In this document: piece after piece, positions 31,401 through 40,949 of the stretch
Layout of the letters: the number at the start of each line of letters is the position of its first letter
Position numbering within the stretch: the stretch's first letter is position 1
Assembly (NCBI GenBank): GCA_051013385.1
Contig: CP143273.1
Coordinates: 1,024,001 to 1,088,000 of the forward strand
Direction of reading: 5' to 3'
Source of the DNA: Phormidium sp.
GTDB taxonomy: Bacteria; Cyanobacteriota; Cyanobacteriia; Cyanobacteriales; Aerosakkonemataceae
DNA length: 64,000 nt
Translations under genes and position numbers: made by a program
Notes under the pieces: generated by a model
What the model was told of the DNA's origin: nothing
What the model saw: only the letters and a program-made list of their open reading frames with translations
The model's database searches: none

Positions 31401-31637
31401 TTCACGGGTTTCTCTAGGTTCCAACTTTAAAGGGTTTTCTGCACTGAAACTACACCAACGTAATAAAGGTTCGGATTTAACATCAGTAGCAGCAATCCAA
31501 ATATCAATATCTGCTTTCTTTCCTCCAGCATTTTTAATAATGATGCGGCGTTTTATGGTGTAGCCCCGTGCTATTTGGTTTAATTCGGCGGGAAAATCTT
31601 CTATAACTAAAGGGTTATTTGCAATTTGAGTTGTCAT
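28437..31637 (-). CDS. CIS-associated single-pass membrane protein with Ig-like repeats (candidate anchor)
   Basis: Beta-rich N-terminal domains, TM WLPIILLLLLALGLISVGAFLFW, four Cys-paired ~125-aa repeats, Pro/Ser tail. Confidence 0.6.
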   Translation of the reverse strand: MTTQIANNPLVIEDFPAELNQIARGYTIKRRIIIKNAGGKKADIDIWIAATDVKSEPLLRWCSFSAENPLKLEPRETREIILYFEVPAQAIPDLYNYELLIEAPIQYPDKIFRRPQQLRVLRSERDAEWSNEPGFILQPLTSSANPHPIQAGEKLELKVIVENRSKRVDRFYLNCPELTNDWFTVRYPESRLETSGLVKETDGLELNPNTTGEITLIFHPPRYTPAGNYFPTIRLISSNKDELMLLDVVYLQLLPHETLDIELSPQFLRFPSQTGVFDVKLINQGNIIRDLEILASDRQNLFSYTPESSPEPILPGHNTTVPLRVKPRKWWHRPLWGKGLEFNFDIELENKFKPDKPPALPKDLTQGTLIWEPRPWWQVWLPIILLLLLALGLISVGAFLFWQKTFINPKIDKLEPIQKVYQETDGKPVTLNLSIEHLYRWELINWRFRNIRKLSSVKIIPQTREGLGKIISYDYNQMLNWCQQQNDRLNCANLPTEINKAGDYTFKVELYSFDRNKPVDSKDTDTIVIKPAPPIPIPKIFEFFPSKLSYQEVLKEQVFLNWKISNPEQVQHIIITQQGSDGSLNQKTYIQCIPQEFPKTGVKSNYNTAPIEKINNQDVLVCQSIPTNLTKAGKYTFKLEVFSKESPKQAVDTKQTDTITIQPVPVPKLMGQILSNKSVYEYREPVFLSWRINHPNQIKELRVVQQGSDGTIVKNTLLPQQCRTQSFTPQIPSTTVLPNNLDLLICDNVRLFPAKAGNYTYKLEVISNQEPNQPSDFKETDTITIKPLPVPRITQIASTKPFYETAKNEEISLNWEISNLRQIKELKLLGLAPDGSVISPLKRYIIINNSLPPQLQKFCIVTTNLLCQNVPTGAQQAGDYVFKLTVVPKQGSGEPEITTNTATIKVKPIPPTPINIVYFRVNGQDITEKQKYIYELNKERKPSDIVLSWKVEDGEDIKVELLPFGEVQKPQGVKNYTLSKPPSSVTITLKVTNKAGEQKTQSVVIETSEPNQLSKPQIALPKKATPPPPETAPRENSSETASPSSDSPSSVSPNVLSPIELPPNSN

Positions 31638-33909
31638 GATTATTTATTCCTGAAATGCGATAAAGTCTGACTCGATTTTTATCATCCCCAGCTGTTATAT
31701 ATAGATTGTCGTCTACTGCTTTTAGGTCAACGGTATTAAGTCTAATTTCAGAAAAATTAGCAATAATTTTTCCTTGAGGATATTTAGGCGATCGCATACC
31801 ATTTTCCAATATCCAAAGCATGACTCGCCCATCATCGCCTACACTAGCTAAATAGCAACCATTTTGAGTAAAAGCAACTGAACGAACAGGCTGATTACCA
31901 TGACCATCTGACCATTTTTCGATAATAGCATTACCGCATGGTACATTTCTAATTTCATTTCCATTTCCATCTGTTCTGGAAATTACATAATTATTAGTAT
32001 TGCCTACTCTTTGGGTAGATATTCTAATACATTCATGAATTTTATCTATGTTCCATAAAATAATATTTCCTTCATTATCAGATGATGCTAATAGATTGCT
32101 TGCATCTGCGATCGCCAAAGAATTAATATACTGATTTTGCCCTTTTATTGGATTAAATTTAGTCTGTGATTTAGCATTGAGTGATTCATTATCAAGTTCA
32201 TAAATTCTATTATTAACCCAATTCCAAAAGGCTATTTTATTGTAACGTCCTGCTGCAACTACTAAAGGATTGGGAGAATTTTCGCTAAGAGCAAGAGCAT
32301 AGATTGTAAATTGTAAATTTGCTAATCTAGGATTTTTAATTCCAGATTCCAAATTCCATTGGCGAACAAATCCACTGCCATGACTACTAAAAAGATAACG
32401 AGAATCTTTAGTAAAAGCTAGGTCAAAAACACGGTCATTCCCATTAAAAATAGATTTTGGTTCTGACTTTGATAATACATTCCATAACTTAATATCACCA
32501 TTTTCTAATCCCGATGCAATGATATAATCTTCTCTTGGGCTTTGACTAATTACACGCACTGACTTTTGAGTGTCTGGAGCAATAAAACCTTCATATTTAA
32601 GGCGGCGAATATCAAGTTGCCAAGGACTTCTATCTACTTGCCAAAGTCTAATAGTTTGATCGCTGGAACCACTAGCAACTAAACTACCATTACCAATTAA
32701 GCGTACAGAATTAACGGGACCTGTATGATAATTTGAGGGATTAAGATACCAAAGTAATAAAAGCAATAAAAGCAATAAAAGTAATCCGACTAGCTGAAGC
32801 CAAACTGGAATAATAGGAAGAACTTGTAATTCTAAAATTTGAGTTTGAGGGTGGGGATAAATTTGTGTGCTAGGTTCTTTTGTATCAGGATTTCTTAAAA
32901 ATGGTATTACTTCAAAGAATAAACGCTGCTTTAACCCTAACCAAGGTCGCCGCTTTTTGGCTACCAAATACATCGGTTTATATTCTCCTGGATCGATTTT
33001 AATTCCTTGAGGTATTACCAAATCACACTGTTTTTTATCTTTTTCTAATATCTCTATGTCTACCTGTTGAGGCAAATTACTATCGTTGTAAAACTGTAAT
33101 TCGTATGTAGCATTTCCTGATTTTTTAACGGAATTTTTACCGCTTATAGCTGGTATTCTTTGGACTTTAGAAATACAACTAAACTCTACTTTTCCTTGAG
33201 GTAGAACTTCTAAATTTCCTGATTCACGGATAGGGTTGCCACTAATATCAGATTTTGCTTCAACTTTAAATTCATATTCTTGACTAAGAGTTGTTGCATT
33301 TTTCGGTGGTTCACACCAAAAACTTGTTTTTTCAGAGTCACCAGCATCTATATGTAACTTTTGTTCAACACCTTGTGTAAACCAGTCTCGATGTATTCCA
33401 GTAATAGTAAGTTTTACATCGGTTGATTTTTGGCTTAAATTATATAAAATAACCGGAATTTCTATTTCCGACCCAGGATATACTTTTAGTTCTTTGACTG
33501 GCAAATAAAGTCTTAAAGGCTTTCGTGGTTTCTCAATTTTTAAACTAATTTTTTGACTATTAAATAAATCGGGATGTTCTACGGAAAATACTCTTAAAGT
33601 TAGATCGATAGTGGCATCGTATACCTGAATTGGTGGTTTATTAATTATCACATGGAATTCTGTCTGTGCGCCTGGTGGTTTTTTGGCAGAAGCAGCAGGA
33701 TTTAAACTGTACCATTTAACATTGGTGTTAGAATCTGCACCTATTGCTAATAGTTCTAAGGAAAAACTAGCGAATTTATTGCTTCCGTTAATCACAGTAA
33801 CGTCGAATTCGTTCTCAGCATCACCAATTTCTGTAGTAGAATCGATCGCCAAATCCGGTATTAACTTAATTAATCTTTTGGAAACAGTTACTTTAACAAG
33901 GGTTGGCAC
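31615..33909 (-). CDS. CIS-associated membrane protein: Ig-like domains, TM, WD40 propeller (candidate anchor)
   Basis: Poly-Leu TM; HTGPVNSV…SGSSDQTIRLW and SVGDDGRVMLW WD40 repeats; overlaps the next gene. Confidence 0.75.
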   Translation of the reverse strand: MPTLVKVTVSKRLIKLIPDLAIDSTTEIGDAENEFDVTVINGSNKFASFSLELLAIGADSNTNVKWYSLNPAASAKKPPGAQTEFHVIINKPPIQVYDATIDLTLRVFSVEHPDLFNSQKISLKIEKPRKPLRLYLPVKELKVYPGSEIEIPVILYNLSQKSTDVKLTITGIHRDWFTQGVEQKLHIDAGDSEKTSFWCEPPKNATTLSQEYEFKVEAKSDISGNPIRESGNLEVLPQGKVEFSCISKVQRIPAISGKNSVKKSGNATYELQFYNDSNLPQQVDIEILEKDKKQCDLVIPQGIKIDPGEYKPMYLVAKKRRPWLGLKQRLFFEVIPFLRNPDTKEPSTQIYPHPQTQILELQVLPIIPVWLQLVGLLLLLLLLLLLWYLNPSNYHTGPVNSVRLIGNGSLVASGSSDQTIRLWQVDRSPWQLDIRRLKYEGFIAPDTQKSVRVISQSPREDYIIASGLENGDIKLWNVLSKSEPKSIFNGNDRVFDLAFTKDSRYLFSSHGSGFVRQWNLESGIKNPRLANLQFTIYALALSENSPNPLVVAAGRYNKIAFWNWVNNRIYELDNESLNAKSQTKFNPIKGQNQYINSLAIADASNLLASSDNEGNIILWNIDKIHECIRISTQRVGNTNNYVISRTDGNGNEIRNVPCGNAIIEKWSDGHGNQPVRSVAFTQNGCYLASVGDDGRVMLWILENGMRSPKYPQGKIIANFSEIRLNTVDLKAVDDNLYITAGDDKNRVRLYRISGINNHDNSNCK

Positions 33910-33949
33910 TTATAAAGATCTCCTTTTTTAGGCTTTACAAAAGTATCAG

Positions 33950-35173
33950 CTATTGGAGCAATTGTGCTATTTGCCGTCGTCGCCAAGCAAAATGGAGTAT
34001 ATTAATTCCTAATTCCTGTGCAGTACGAATATCATTTCGATCGAGATAATGCTGTTCATTCAGTCCCCAAGCTGCTGATAAATATCCTGTGGCTAAAATA
34101 ACTCCTTCACCATTCCAAATTTGTACAGAGTCTTGATTAATGATTGGTAGGGCTGCAAATAAAAATGGCTGTATCCTTAACGGATGATTGTCACTTAGTT
34201 CTTGCCAGTACTGTAAATCTATTTCCAATTCATTAAGAATTACTTCTGTAACATCTTTGAGCAAAGATTCATCCTCGCTAACAGCATCGATTAAAACTAA
34301 TCCGCCATTTTTTTGATATTGGCTAATTGCATAAATTTCTTCTTCATTAAGTTCCATTAACTGCCAGTCAGCGAGGTAAATTAAGTCATAATCTGCAATA
34401 TCACCTGATGTTTGTAAACTAACTTGTCCGATTTTTATTTGTCCTTGTAAAGCTGGATAAAGTACGGAAACAGATTGCATTAAATAGGAGAGGTTTTTTG
34501 TAGCGCGATCGCTTATTTCTTGCTTACTTTCATCCCACTCATGATTGTCATTTTCCTTGATTTGAGCCACACGCACAACCGCTTCTGGTCTAGCTTTAGC
34601 TTGCATTCGATAGCGTAAATCTAACTGGTTAACTTCAGGAAATAAGAAATCTGTTGGTTGTTGTAGTTCTACTACTCCAGGTTGAATTTTAATGCGACAT
34701 AACTCGACTTCTTTATCATTAGGTGGGCTTATTTTTTCATCGATCCGAAACCATTCTCTTAATTCCTCAGAAGTTTCTTGACGATCTTGACTATAAGGAT
34801 CTAAATAACTAACAACCAAATATACTGTTAAACTTCCTGTTAAAGGTGTTTCTGTTCTCAGTCGATAGTGTCGGTTAGTTTCTTCATCAACAATAATCGG
34901 ATTACCTTCTAGATCGATCGCAATCCCCGGCTGAATTTCTAACCAACGGCGATCGCGAAATTGGGCTGCTACTTCAGTAGGTGCATCAATTAATTTTACT
35001 CCCAAACCCCAAACAATTCCCGGTTGATTGAGTGATTGATAATGAACATTTTGACGGCGACGAAAGTAGTCATGAGACAACAACCATCGTCTCGCATTCA
35101 TCATTAATCCATCGTAAATCCGCAGACGTTTAAAAGGATTAATAGCTGGTGGTGTAAAAGTTTGATGAGTCAT
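33950..35173 (-). CDS. DUF4159-like protein with baseplate/tail-fibre attachment-like N-terminus
   Basis: RLRIYDGLMMNA…YFRRRQ…GIVWGLGV…PGIAID N-domain; GGLVLIDA, HPL, LGINI C-domain. Confidence 0.6.
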   Translation of the reverse strand: MTHQTFTPPAINPFKRLRIYDGLMMNARRWLLSHDYFRRRQNVHYQSLNQPGIVWGLGVKLIDAPTEVAAQFRDRRWLEIQPGIAIDLEGNPIIVDEETNRHYRLRTETPLTGSLTVYLVVSYLDPYSQDRQETSEELREWFRIDEKISPPNDKEVELCRIKIQPGVVELQQPTDFLFPEVNQLDLRYRMQAKARPEAVVRVAQIKENDNHEWDESKQEISDRATKNLSYLMQSVSVLYPALQGQIKIGQVSLQTSGDIADYDLIYLADWQLMELNEEEIYAISQYQKNGGLVLIDAVSEDESLLKDVTEVILNELEIDLQYWQELSDNHPLRIQPFLFAALPIINQDSVQIWNGEGVILATGYLSAAWGLNEQHYLDRNDIRTAQELGINILHFAWRRRQIAQLLQ

Positions 35174-35208
35174 ATAATTCCCAACTTAAAAGTATTTGTA
35201 ATCGAGCA

Positions 35209-36111
35209 TTAGCAAACTTTTTGCTTACCATCAGGCATAATTGCGCCACATAAATTAGTATTAGTAGTTAGCCTAGCTTTAGTTAAGTTTACTCCTGTCA
35301 AATCAGCATTACTGAGGTTAGCATTACTCAAATCAGCATTAGTTAAATTAGCTTTGTTTAAGTTAGCATCTGTTAATTCTGCACCTCTCAAATTGGCTCG
35401 ATTAAGCTTTGCTTCTCTAAGATTACTTTGGCGTAAATCAGCATTACTGAGATTAGCATTTGTTAAATTGGCTTTACTCAGATTGGCATTTTTTAGATCT
35501 GCAATAAACAGATCGGCTTGCAGTAGGTTAGTATTGCTCAAATTTGCCTCTTGCAATTTGGTACTACTCAATTTTGCATTTTTGAGGTTGGCATTTTCTA
35601 AATTAATTTGACTCAAATTAACATTACTCAAATTAGCACCTACAAGTTCAGCTTTTTCTAAGTTTCTAAAGCCAACAGGTAGATTCACTAATTCCCATAC
35701 AATGCGCCACTTGCTATCAAATTCGGTTTGATTGTTGATGATGCTTTCTCTTAAATCAGTTCCCTGTAAATTACAACCAACTAAGTCAGTACCACTAAGG
35801 TTAGCACCACGCAAATTAGCATTTTTGAAATTGGCATTTTTCACTAAAGCACCACTTAAATCCGCATTACCCAAGTCAGCATTAGTAAGGTTAGCTTTTG
35901 TGAGATTAGCTTCTCTTAAATAAGCATTAGCTAAGTTAGCATTGCTGAGGTTACATTTAGCACAATTCCTAGTTTCTCTCAACTGTTTCACTGTTGCTGA
36001 GTCTTGAGGATTTGGTGTAGCTATTGCATAGTGAATTTTTAGCACAGAGATTCTCACTAAATACAACAACCCTATTGTTACTAAAGTGTTGAGTAATGTT
36101 TTTAATTTCAT
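35209..36111 (-). CDS. Exported pentapeptide-repeat protein
   Basis: Hydrophobic N-terminus, CxxC, A(N/D)Lxx repeats, CGAIMPDG end. Confidence 0.92.
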   Translation of the reverse strand: MKLKTLLNTLVTIGLLYLVRISVLKIHYAIATPNPQDSATVKQLRETRNCAKCNLSNANLANAYLREANLTKANLTNADLGNADLSGALVKNANFKNANLRGANLSGTDLVGCNLQGTDLRESIINNQTEFDSKWRIVWELVNLPVGFRNLEKAELVGANLSNVNLSQINLENANLKNAKLSSTKLQEANLSNTNLLQADLFIADLKNANLSKANLTNANLSNADLRQSNLREAKLNRANLRGAELTDANLNKANLTNADLSNANLSNADLTGVNLTKARLTTNTNLCGAIMPDGKQKVC

Positions 36112-36391
36112 AGTTCCAGCTATTGATAGTAAAATTTAAATGTTAACTTGATGTCATTTTTGCTTTACCTAATCTTTACTTGATTTACTTTAAAAGCTTT
36201 ATTTTAATTTTTTACTAGTCGAAAGGTTGGTTTTTACCTGATCTTAAGTTTAGGTAGTTAACTGAACTTAGGTTTGGGAACTTTCAGCTAACATCTGTTA
36301 AGCTGTAAAGCGAGTAGAGCAGGTAATGACCTAAAACTTTTAAACTTCAGCAATGCCCATCCTAACATTAAGTCAAATTTGAGGTAGTTGT

Positions 36392-37950
36392 ATGAAACCT
36401 CTGTTTCAGGGAGTTAGCATTACTACACTTTTTCTCAGTATATGCCTTCCTTCATTAGCTCAAGCAGCAAGCAATTCCCAAAATAGAGTAATTAATAATG
36501 TATTAGTTAAAACTACGTTAGTGTCACAAGCACAGCCAGGAAATTTTGATTCTAAAGATTTTAACTTTTGGGCTAATCAGTGTCGAGTGTTAGAAAATGA
36601 ACAAAATTATACGGAAGCTTTAGCAGCTTGTGAAAAAGCGATCGCACTCCGACCAAAAGTTAAAAATCCCCAACTTTGGGCGAGTCGCAGCAATGTGCTA
36701 TTTCAGCTAAAAAAATATGCTGAAGCGATCGCATCATACGATTTTTTACTTAGTTTTTCCCCTAAAGATTCTTTAGCTTTGACTCGACGCTGTGAAGCTT
36801 TATACCATTTAGGGAAATATGAAGATGCGATCGCCTCCTGCGAACAAGCATTACGAATAGATGGAAACTGGGGAAATGCTTCTCCGGCAGATTCTTGGTA
36901 TAATCGGGGTTTAGTACAAAGAAAATTAAGACAAAATGAAGAAGCTTTAACTTCATTTGAAAGGGTTCTAAATTTAAAATCAGACTATACTTTAGCTTTG
37001 GTAGAAACTTGCGGAACATTAGGAGATTTGCGAAGATTTGAAGAAGCTATTTCCGCTTGTGAAAAAGCTAAAGATTCTCTTCCTGTAGAAGCCTTGACAA
37101 TTAAAGCGATCGTTCAACAAAAAGCAGAGAAATGGGAAGATGCGATCGCCACTTACGAACAAGCTTTAGCTATTAATCCCAATAACCCAATTTCTTGGAC
37201 AAATCAAGGTATTCTCCTAGAAAAATTAGGTCAAAATGAAAAAGCCCTTGACTCTTATAATAGAGCAATTAAAATTAATCCTAAATCTTCATTAGCCCAA
37301 GTCAATCGCTGTGCAGTTTTCAACCGATTAAATAACTATAAAGAAGCCTTAGAAGCTTGCGAGACTGCTGTAGCTGGTGATGGAATCTGGGGTGAAAGAA
37401 ATACTGCTTATGCTTGGAATCAACGTAGCAGTGCGCTGATAGGTTTGAAGCAATATCAAGAAGCACTAGATGCGGCTGAAAGAGCAATTAATATTAATGA
37501 CCAATTTGCCGAAGCTTGGAATAATAAAGGTGTAAGTTTATGGAATTTGGAAAAATACCAAGATGCTCAAGTTGCGATCGCCAAAGCTGTCGAAATTAAT
37601 CCTCAATATAGTCAAGCCTGGTTTAATTACGGTAGGTTACTTAGTAGATTGAAAGAATACGATCGAGCTTTAGATAATTATAATAAAGCATTATTAACAA
37701 ATATTAATTCCACAGAAGATCTTAATTGTGTAAAGGTTCTGATGAAGCATTTAGTTCTTATGATGAAGCAGATAAGTTAAATCCCAATAATTTTCAAGTT
37801 TTGACTGGAAAAGGTTTAGCTTTGGAAAGAATGGGTGAAGACCAAAAAGCACTAGAAGCTTATGATGCTGCTTTGAATATTAATCCTAATTACCAACCTG
37901 CTCAACAATACCGAGATTTATTGCTAGCAAAATTCAAGACTCAAAATTGA
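36392..37950 (+). pseudogene. Exported TPR protein, frameshifted near 37725-37745
   Basis: Signal peptide and many TPRs in 36392..37780; TPR periodicity continues in another frame (EAFSSYDEADKLNPNN…) to 37950. Confidence 0.7.
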
Positions 37951-38016
37951 TGGCTGCTCATTTGTCATTTTTATATTGAGTTTTCCTGTATACCTATTAC
38001 CAACTACCCATTACCA

Positions 38017-38391
38017 ATGACTACAGAATTTAAATTTATCTTACCTAAAGGTTTAGTAGATACGGAGGGAAAAATACATCGTCAGGGAGTGATGCGTTTA
38101 GCCACTGCTAAAGATGAAATTTCTCTCCAACAAGACCGCTACGTTCGGGAAAATCCCGGCTATGGATTTTTAGTAATGCTTTCACGAGTTATTACTAATT
38201 TGGGCGAATTAAGTTCAATTACTCCCAATTTACTAGAAAATCTTTTTACCTTAGATTTAGCTTATTTGCGGGAATTTTATAATCGAGTTAATCAGCAAGA
38301 AAGCGCTTCTATTTTAGTAAAATGTCCAAGATGTGATAGTAATTTTAATGTAGAGTTAGAATTAGCGGGGGAGTTGCAGGCTACCCCTTAG
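38017..38391 (+). CDS. CIS/phage tail assembly chaperone (G-like), copy 1
   Basis: TEFKFILPKG…HRQGVMRLATAKDEI, CPRC; paralogue of 58306..58647. Confidence 0.75.
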   Translation: MTTEFKFILPKGLVDTEGKIHRQGVMRLATAKDEISLQQDRYVRENPGYGFLVMLSRVITNLGELSSITPNLLENLFTLDLAYLREFYNRVNQQESASILVKCPRCDSNFNVELELAGELQATP

Positions 38392-38516
38392 AACAAGTAC
38401 ATGAGGAGGTAGCCTGCATTGCATTTTATTTCCATTGGTCTTTGGAAGATATTTTGAATTTAGGACATAATAATCGCAGGCGTTGGGTGAGAGAAATTGG
38501 TAAGTTGAAAGGCTAA
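38367..38516 (+). CDS. DUF6760-like frame (T-like extension) in the -1 frame, no canonical start codon
   Basis: GGVAGYPLEQVHEEVACIAFYFHWSLEDILNLGHNNRRRWVREIGKLKG*; in-frame TAA at 38346 and no ATG/GTG/TTG before the conserved core. Confidence 0.7.
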   Translation, partial: GGVAGYPLEQVHEEVACIAFYFHWSLEDILNLGHNNRRRWVREIGKLKG

Positions 38517-38558
38517 TCATTAGATTATTTTATTGTTAATTTGTGGAGGTAAGAAACT

Positions 38559-38945
38559 ATGCCTATGCAAGTATGTTCGGGTGCAACGCTTAGATGTAGT
38601 TTTGGTTTAGCAACGAGTTTGTTAGTAGTCCCGCCAACTAACCAGGTATACACTCGCACGCCAGATGCTAACATTTTGGATTTCAAACCATTCGTTAATA
38701 TCATGCCTTTTGGTATGTGTATATCTATGCTAAATCCAACAGTTATAGCCGCCACTGCCGCCGCTGGTGGCGTGCCAGTTCCTATGCCTTGTATACCTGT
38801 GATCCCCGCCCCGTGGAAACTTGGTTCACCTAATGTTCTGATTGGCAACAGCCCAGCACTGAACAATATATCTACGCTAAATTGTACCTGGGGGGGTATT
38901 ATTACGGTAATCAATCCAGGTCAAACAACTGTATATATCCCCTGA
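38559..38945 (+). CDS. DUF4280 PAAR-like spike-tip protein
   Basis: VCSGATLRCSFG, NIMPFGMC, PCIP…PW, LNCTWGGII; GGAGG RBS. Confidence 0.88.
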   Translation: MPMQVCSGATLRCSFGLATSLLVVPPTNQVYTRTPDANILDFKPFVNIMPFGMCISMLNPTVIAATAAAGGVPVPMPCIPVIPAPWKLGSPNVLIGNSPALNNISTLNCTWGGIITVINPGQTTVYIP

Positions 38946-38966
38946 AAACGCTGTTGGTAAGTAATG

Positions 38967-38994
38967 GGACAAAATTAATTACATAATTTTGTCC
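38967..38994 (+). terminator. Hairpin after DUF4280
   Basis: ggacaaaatta-attaca-taattttgtcc. Confidence 0.4.
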
Positions 38995-39000
38995 AAATGT

Positions 39001-39200
39001 TTTCCCATATCCCAAAACAGCTGATCGCACTCTCCACAACTATTCAAAAAGCGATCGCACTTCTATCCCCATACCCCAAAACAAGCGATCGCCATCATAA
39101 CCCAACCATTGATGGACATCTGCCGATCGCATTTCTCACATTTATCCTCAGAGCGATCGCCTTAGAAGATAGTCAGTGATGGACATAGCCGATCGCATTT
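39001..39200. repeat. HIP1-rich repeat block 1
   Basis: Several (g)cgatcgc units; 39041-39160 repeats directly at ~41003-41120. Confidence 0.8.
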
Positions 39201-39262
39201 CCCAAACTAAACAAACTTATATAAAATAATCTTAACCACAATTAGGATGAAGAGCATCTAAG

Positions 39263-39679
39263 ATGGCTAAAGATGTTTTCCATCAACAGGTTAAGAATGC
39301 TTTAATTAAAGAGGGATGGAATATAACACATGACCCTCTGACTATTCGCATTAGCGAAGCAGTCAAATTACAGATTGATTTGGCAGCAGAAACTATGCTT
39401 GCAGCAGAACGGGATTCAGAAAAAATAGGTGTAGAAATTAAAAGCTTTGTGGGAGATTCAAATATTAGTGCATTTCATACTGCTTTAGGACAATATCTTA
39501 ACTATTGCCAAGCACTTGAAGAACAAGAACCCGATCGAATTGTTTATTTAGCTGTTCCTGTAGAAACCTATCAGGATTTTTTTCAGCTTCCCTTTATTCA
39601 ACGCTCTCTTAGACGTTACCAAGTCAAGCTGATAATTTACGATCCTAAACAGGAGGAGATAAAACAATGGATAAAATAG
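39263..39679 (+). CDS. xisH: XisH-family PD-(D/E)XK protein
   Basis: AKDVFHQQVKNALIKEGWNITHDPL…IDLAAE…VEIKSF…ALGQYLNY. Confidence 0.92.
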   Translation: MAKDVFHQQVKNALIKEGWNITHDPLTIRISEAVKLQIDLAAETMLAAERDSEKIGVEIKSFVGDSNISAFHTALGQYLNYCQALEEQEPDRIVYLAVPVETYQDFFQLPFIQRSLRRYQVKLIIYDPKQEEIKQWIK

Positions 39680-40002
39680 AACGCTATCGACAGTTTATTA
39701 AGCAAATTTTAACTGAACACGCCGAAATTGCTAATACAGCTGATGCAGTAAAATCTGAGTTAATATTTGATAGCGAACATGACCATTATCAACTTGCTTA
39801 TGTGGGTTGGCAAGGAGATAAACGAATTTTTGGCCCGGTGATGCACTTTGATATTCAAGACGGTAAAATCTGGATTCAATATAACGGTACGGAAGATTTT
39901 GTTGCAGAAAGATTGGTCGAAATGGGTGTACCCGCTTCTGATATTGTTCTGGGTTTTCATTCCGCTTTTAAACGCCAATTTACTCCTTATGCAGTTGGAT
40001 GA
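39667..40002 (+). CDS. xisI: XisI protein
   Basis: DHYQL…GW…HFDIQDGKIWIQ…DIVLGF. Confidence 0.92.
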   Translation: MDKIERYRQFIKQILTEHAEIANTADAVKSELIFDSEHDHYQLAYVGWQGDKRIFGPVMHFDIQDGKIWIQYNGTEDFVAERLVEMGVPASDIVLGFHSAFKRQFTPYAVG

Positions 40003-40175
40003 ATTTGCGATCGCACTTTATCTACTTTATAAGATGATCGCATTTATCACACCTATCCCCAAAGAGATCGCACTTCTGTTCCCCTGTCCCAAAATAGGCG
40101 ATGGCACTCTCCACACCTATTCAAAAAGCGATCGCACTTCTGTTCCCCTATACTAAAACAGCCGAGCGCACTAAA
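40003..40175. repeat. HIP1-rich repeat block 2
   Basis: gatcgcacttctgttcccct twice; cacacctattcaaaaagcgatcgc shared with blocks 1 and 3. Confidence 0.7.
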
Positions 40176-40203
40176 ATATGAGGTAAATTAGAACCTGTTA
40201 ACA

Positions 40204-40620
40204 ATGGCAGCTAAAGATAAATTTCATGCTGTGGTTAGAATTGCTTTAGAAAAGGAGGAGTGGAAGATAACTGATGACCCTTTGCGACTGGAAGTTGGCG
40301 GAACTAAGTTTGAAATAGATTTAGGTGCGGAGAAATTGTTAGCCGCAGAACGAGGTGAAGAAAAAATTGCAGTTGAGATTAAAACGTTTTTGAGCGATTC
40401 ACCACTAACAGATTACCATACTGCATTAGGACAGTTTTTGAATTATCGGCTTGCCTTAGAAATTAGCGATCCAACTCGTATTCTCTATTTGGCAGTCCCT
40501 ATTGGTATTTATGAATCTTTTTTCAAGCGAGAATTTGCTCAAATTTCAGTAGAAAGATATCAGATTAAACAAATTATTTATGACCCAATTCAAGAGGTAA
40601 TTGTACAATGGATAACCTAG
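40204..40620 (+). CDS. xisH: XisH-family protein (second paralogue)
   Basis: AKDKFHAVVRIALEKEEWKITDDPL…IDLGAE…VEIKTF…ALGQFLNY. Confidence 0.92.
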   Translation: MAAKDKFHAVVRIALEKEEWKITDDPLRLEVGGTKFEIDLGAEKLLAAERGEEKIAVEIKTFLSDSPLTDYHTALGQFLNYRLALEISDPTRILYLAVPIGIYESFFKREFAQISVERYQIKQIIYDPIQEVIVQWIT

Positions 40621-40943
40621 AGTCTTATCGCCCTATCATTGAGTCGTTGTTGACGGCTTATGCTGCTATCCCAATAGCCAATGGTCAGATTGATTGCTAT
40701 ACGGTTTTTGATACAAAACAAGACCATTACATGGTTATGAATGTGGGATGGGATGGTCATCGACGAGTTTATGGTTGTGTTTTACATTTGGATATTAAAG
40801 AGGGAAAAATTTGGATTGAGCAGAATATGACGGAAATGAGAGTGGCTCAAGAACTTGTAGAACGAGGGGTTCCAAAAGATGATATTATTCTAGGATTTCA
40901 AGCTCCTGAGATGCGGGAATATACAGGTTATGGAATTATTTAA
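40608..40943 (+). CDS. xisI: XisI protein (second paralogue)
   Basis: DHYMVMNVGW…HLDIKEGKIWIE…DIILGF. Confidence 0.92.
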   Translation: MDNLESYRPIIESLLTAYAAIPIANGQIDCYTVFDTKQDHYMVMNVGWDGHRRVYGCVLHLDIKEGKIWIEQNMTEMRVAQELVERGVPKDDIILGFQAPEMREYTGYGII

Positions 40944-40949
40944 CCGCAA

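Noticed and set aside
38997..40156. Short ORFs 38997..39179, 39760..39978 and 39848..40156
   Set aside because: Translations of HIP1 repeat blocks or shadows of xisI (AIA/DR-rich)
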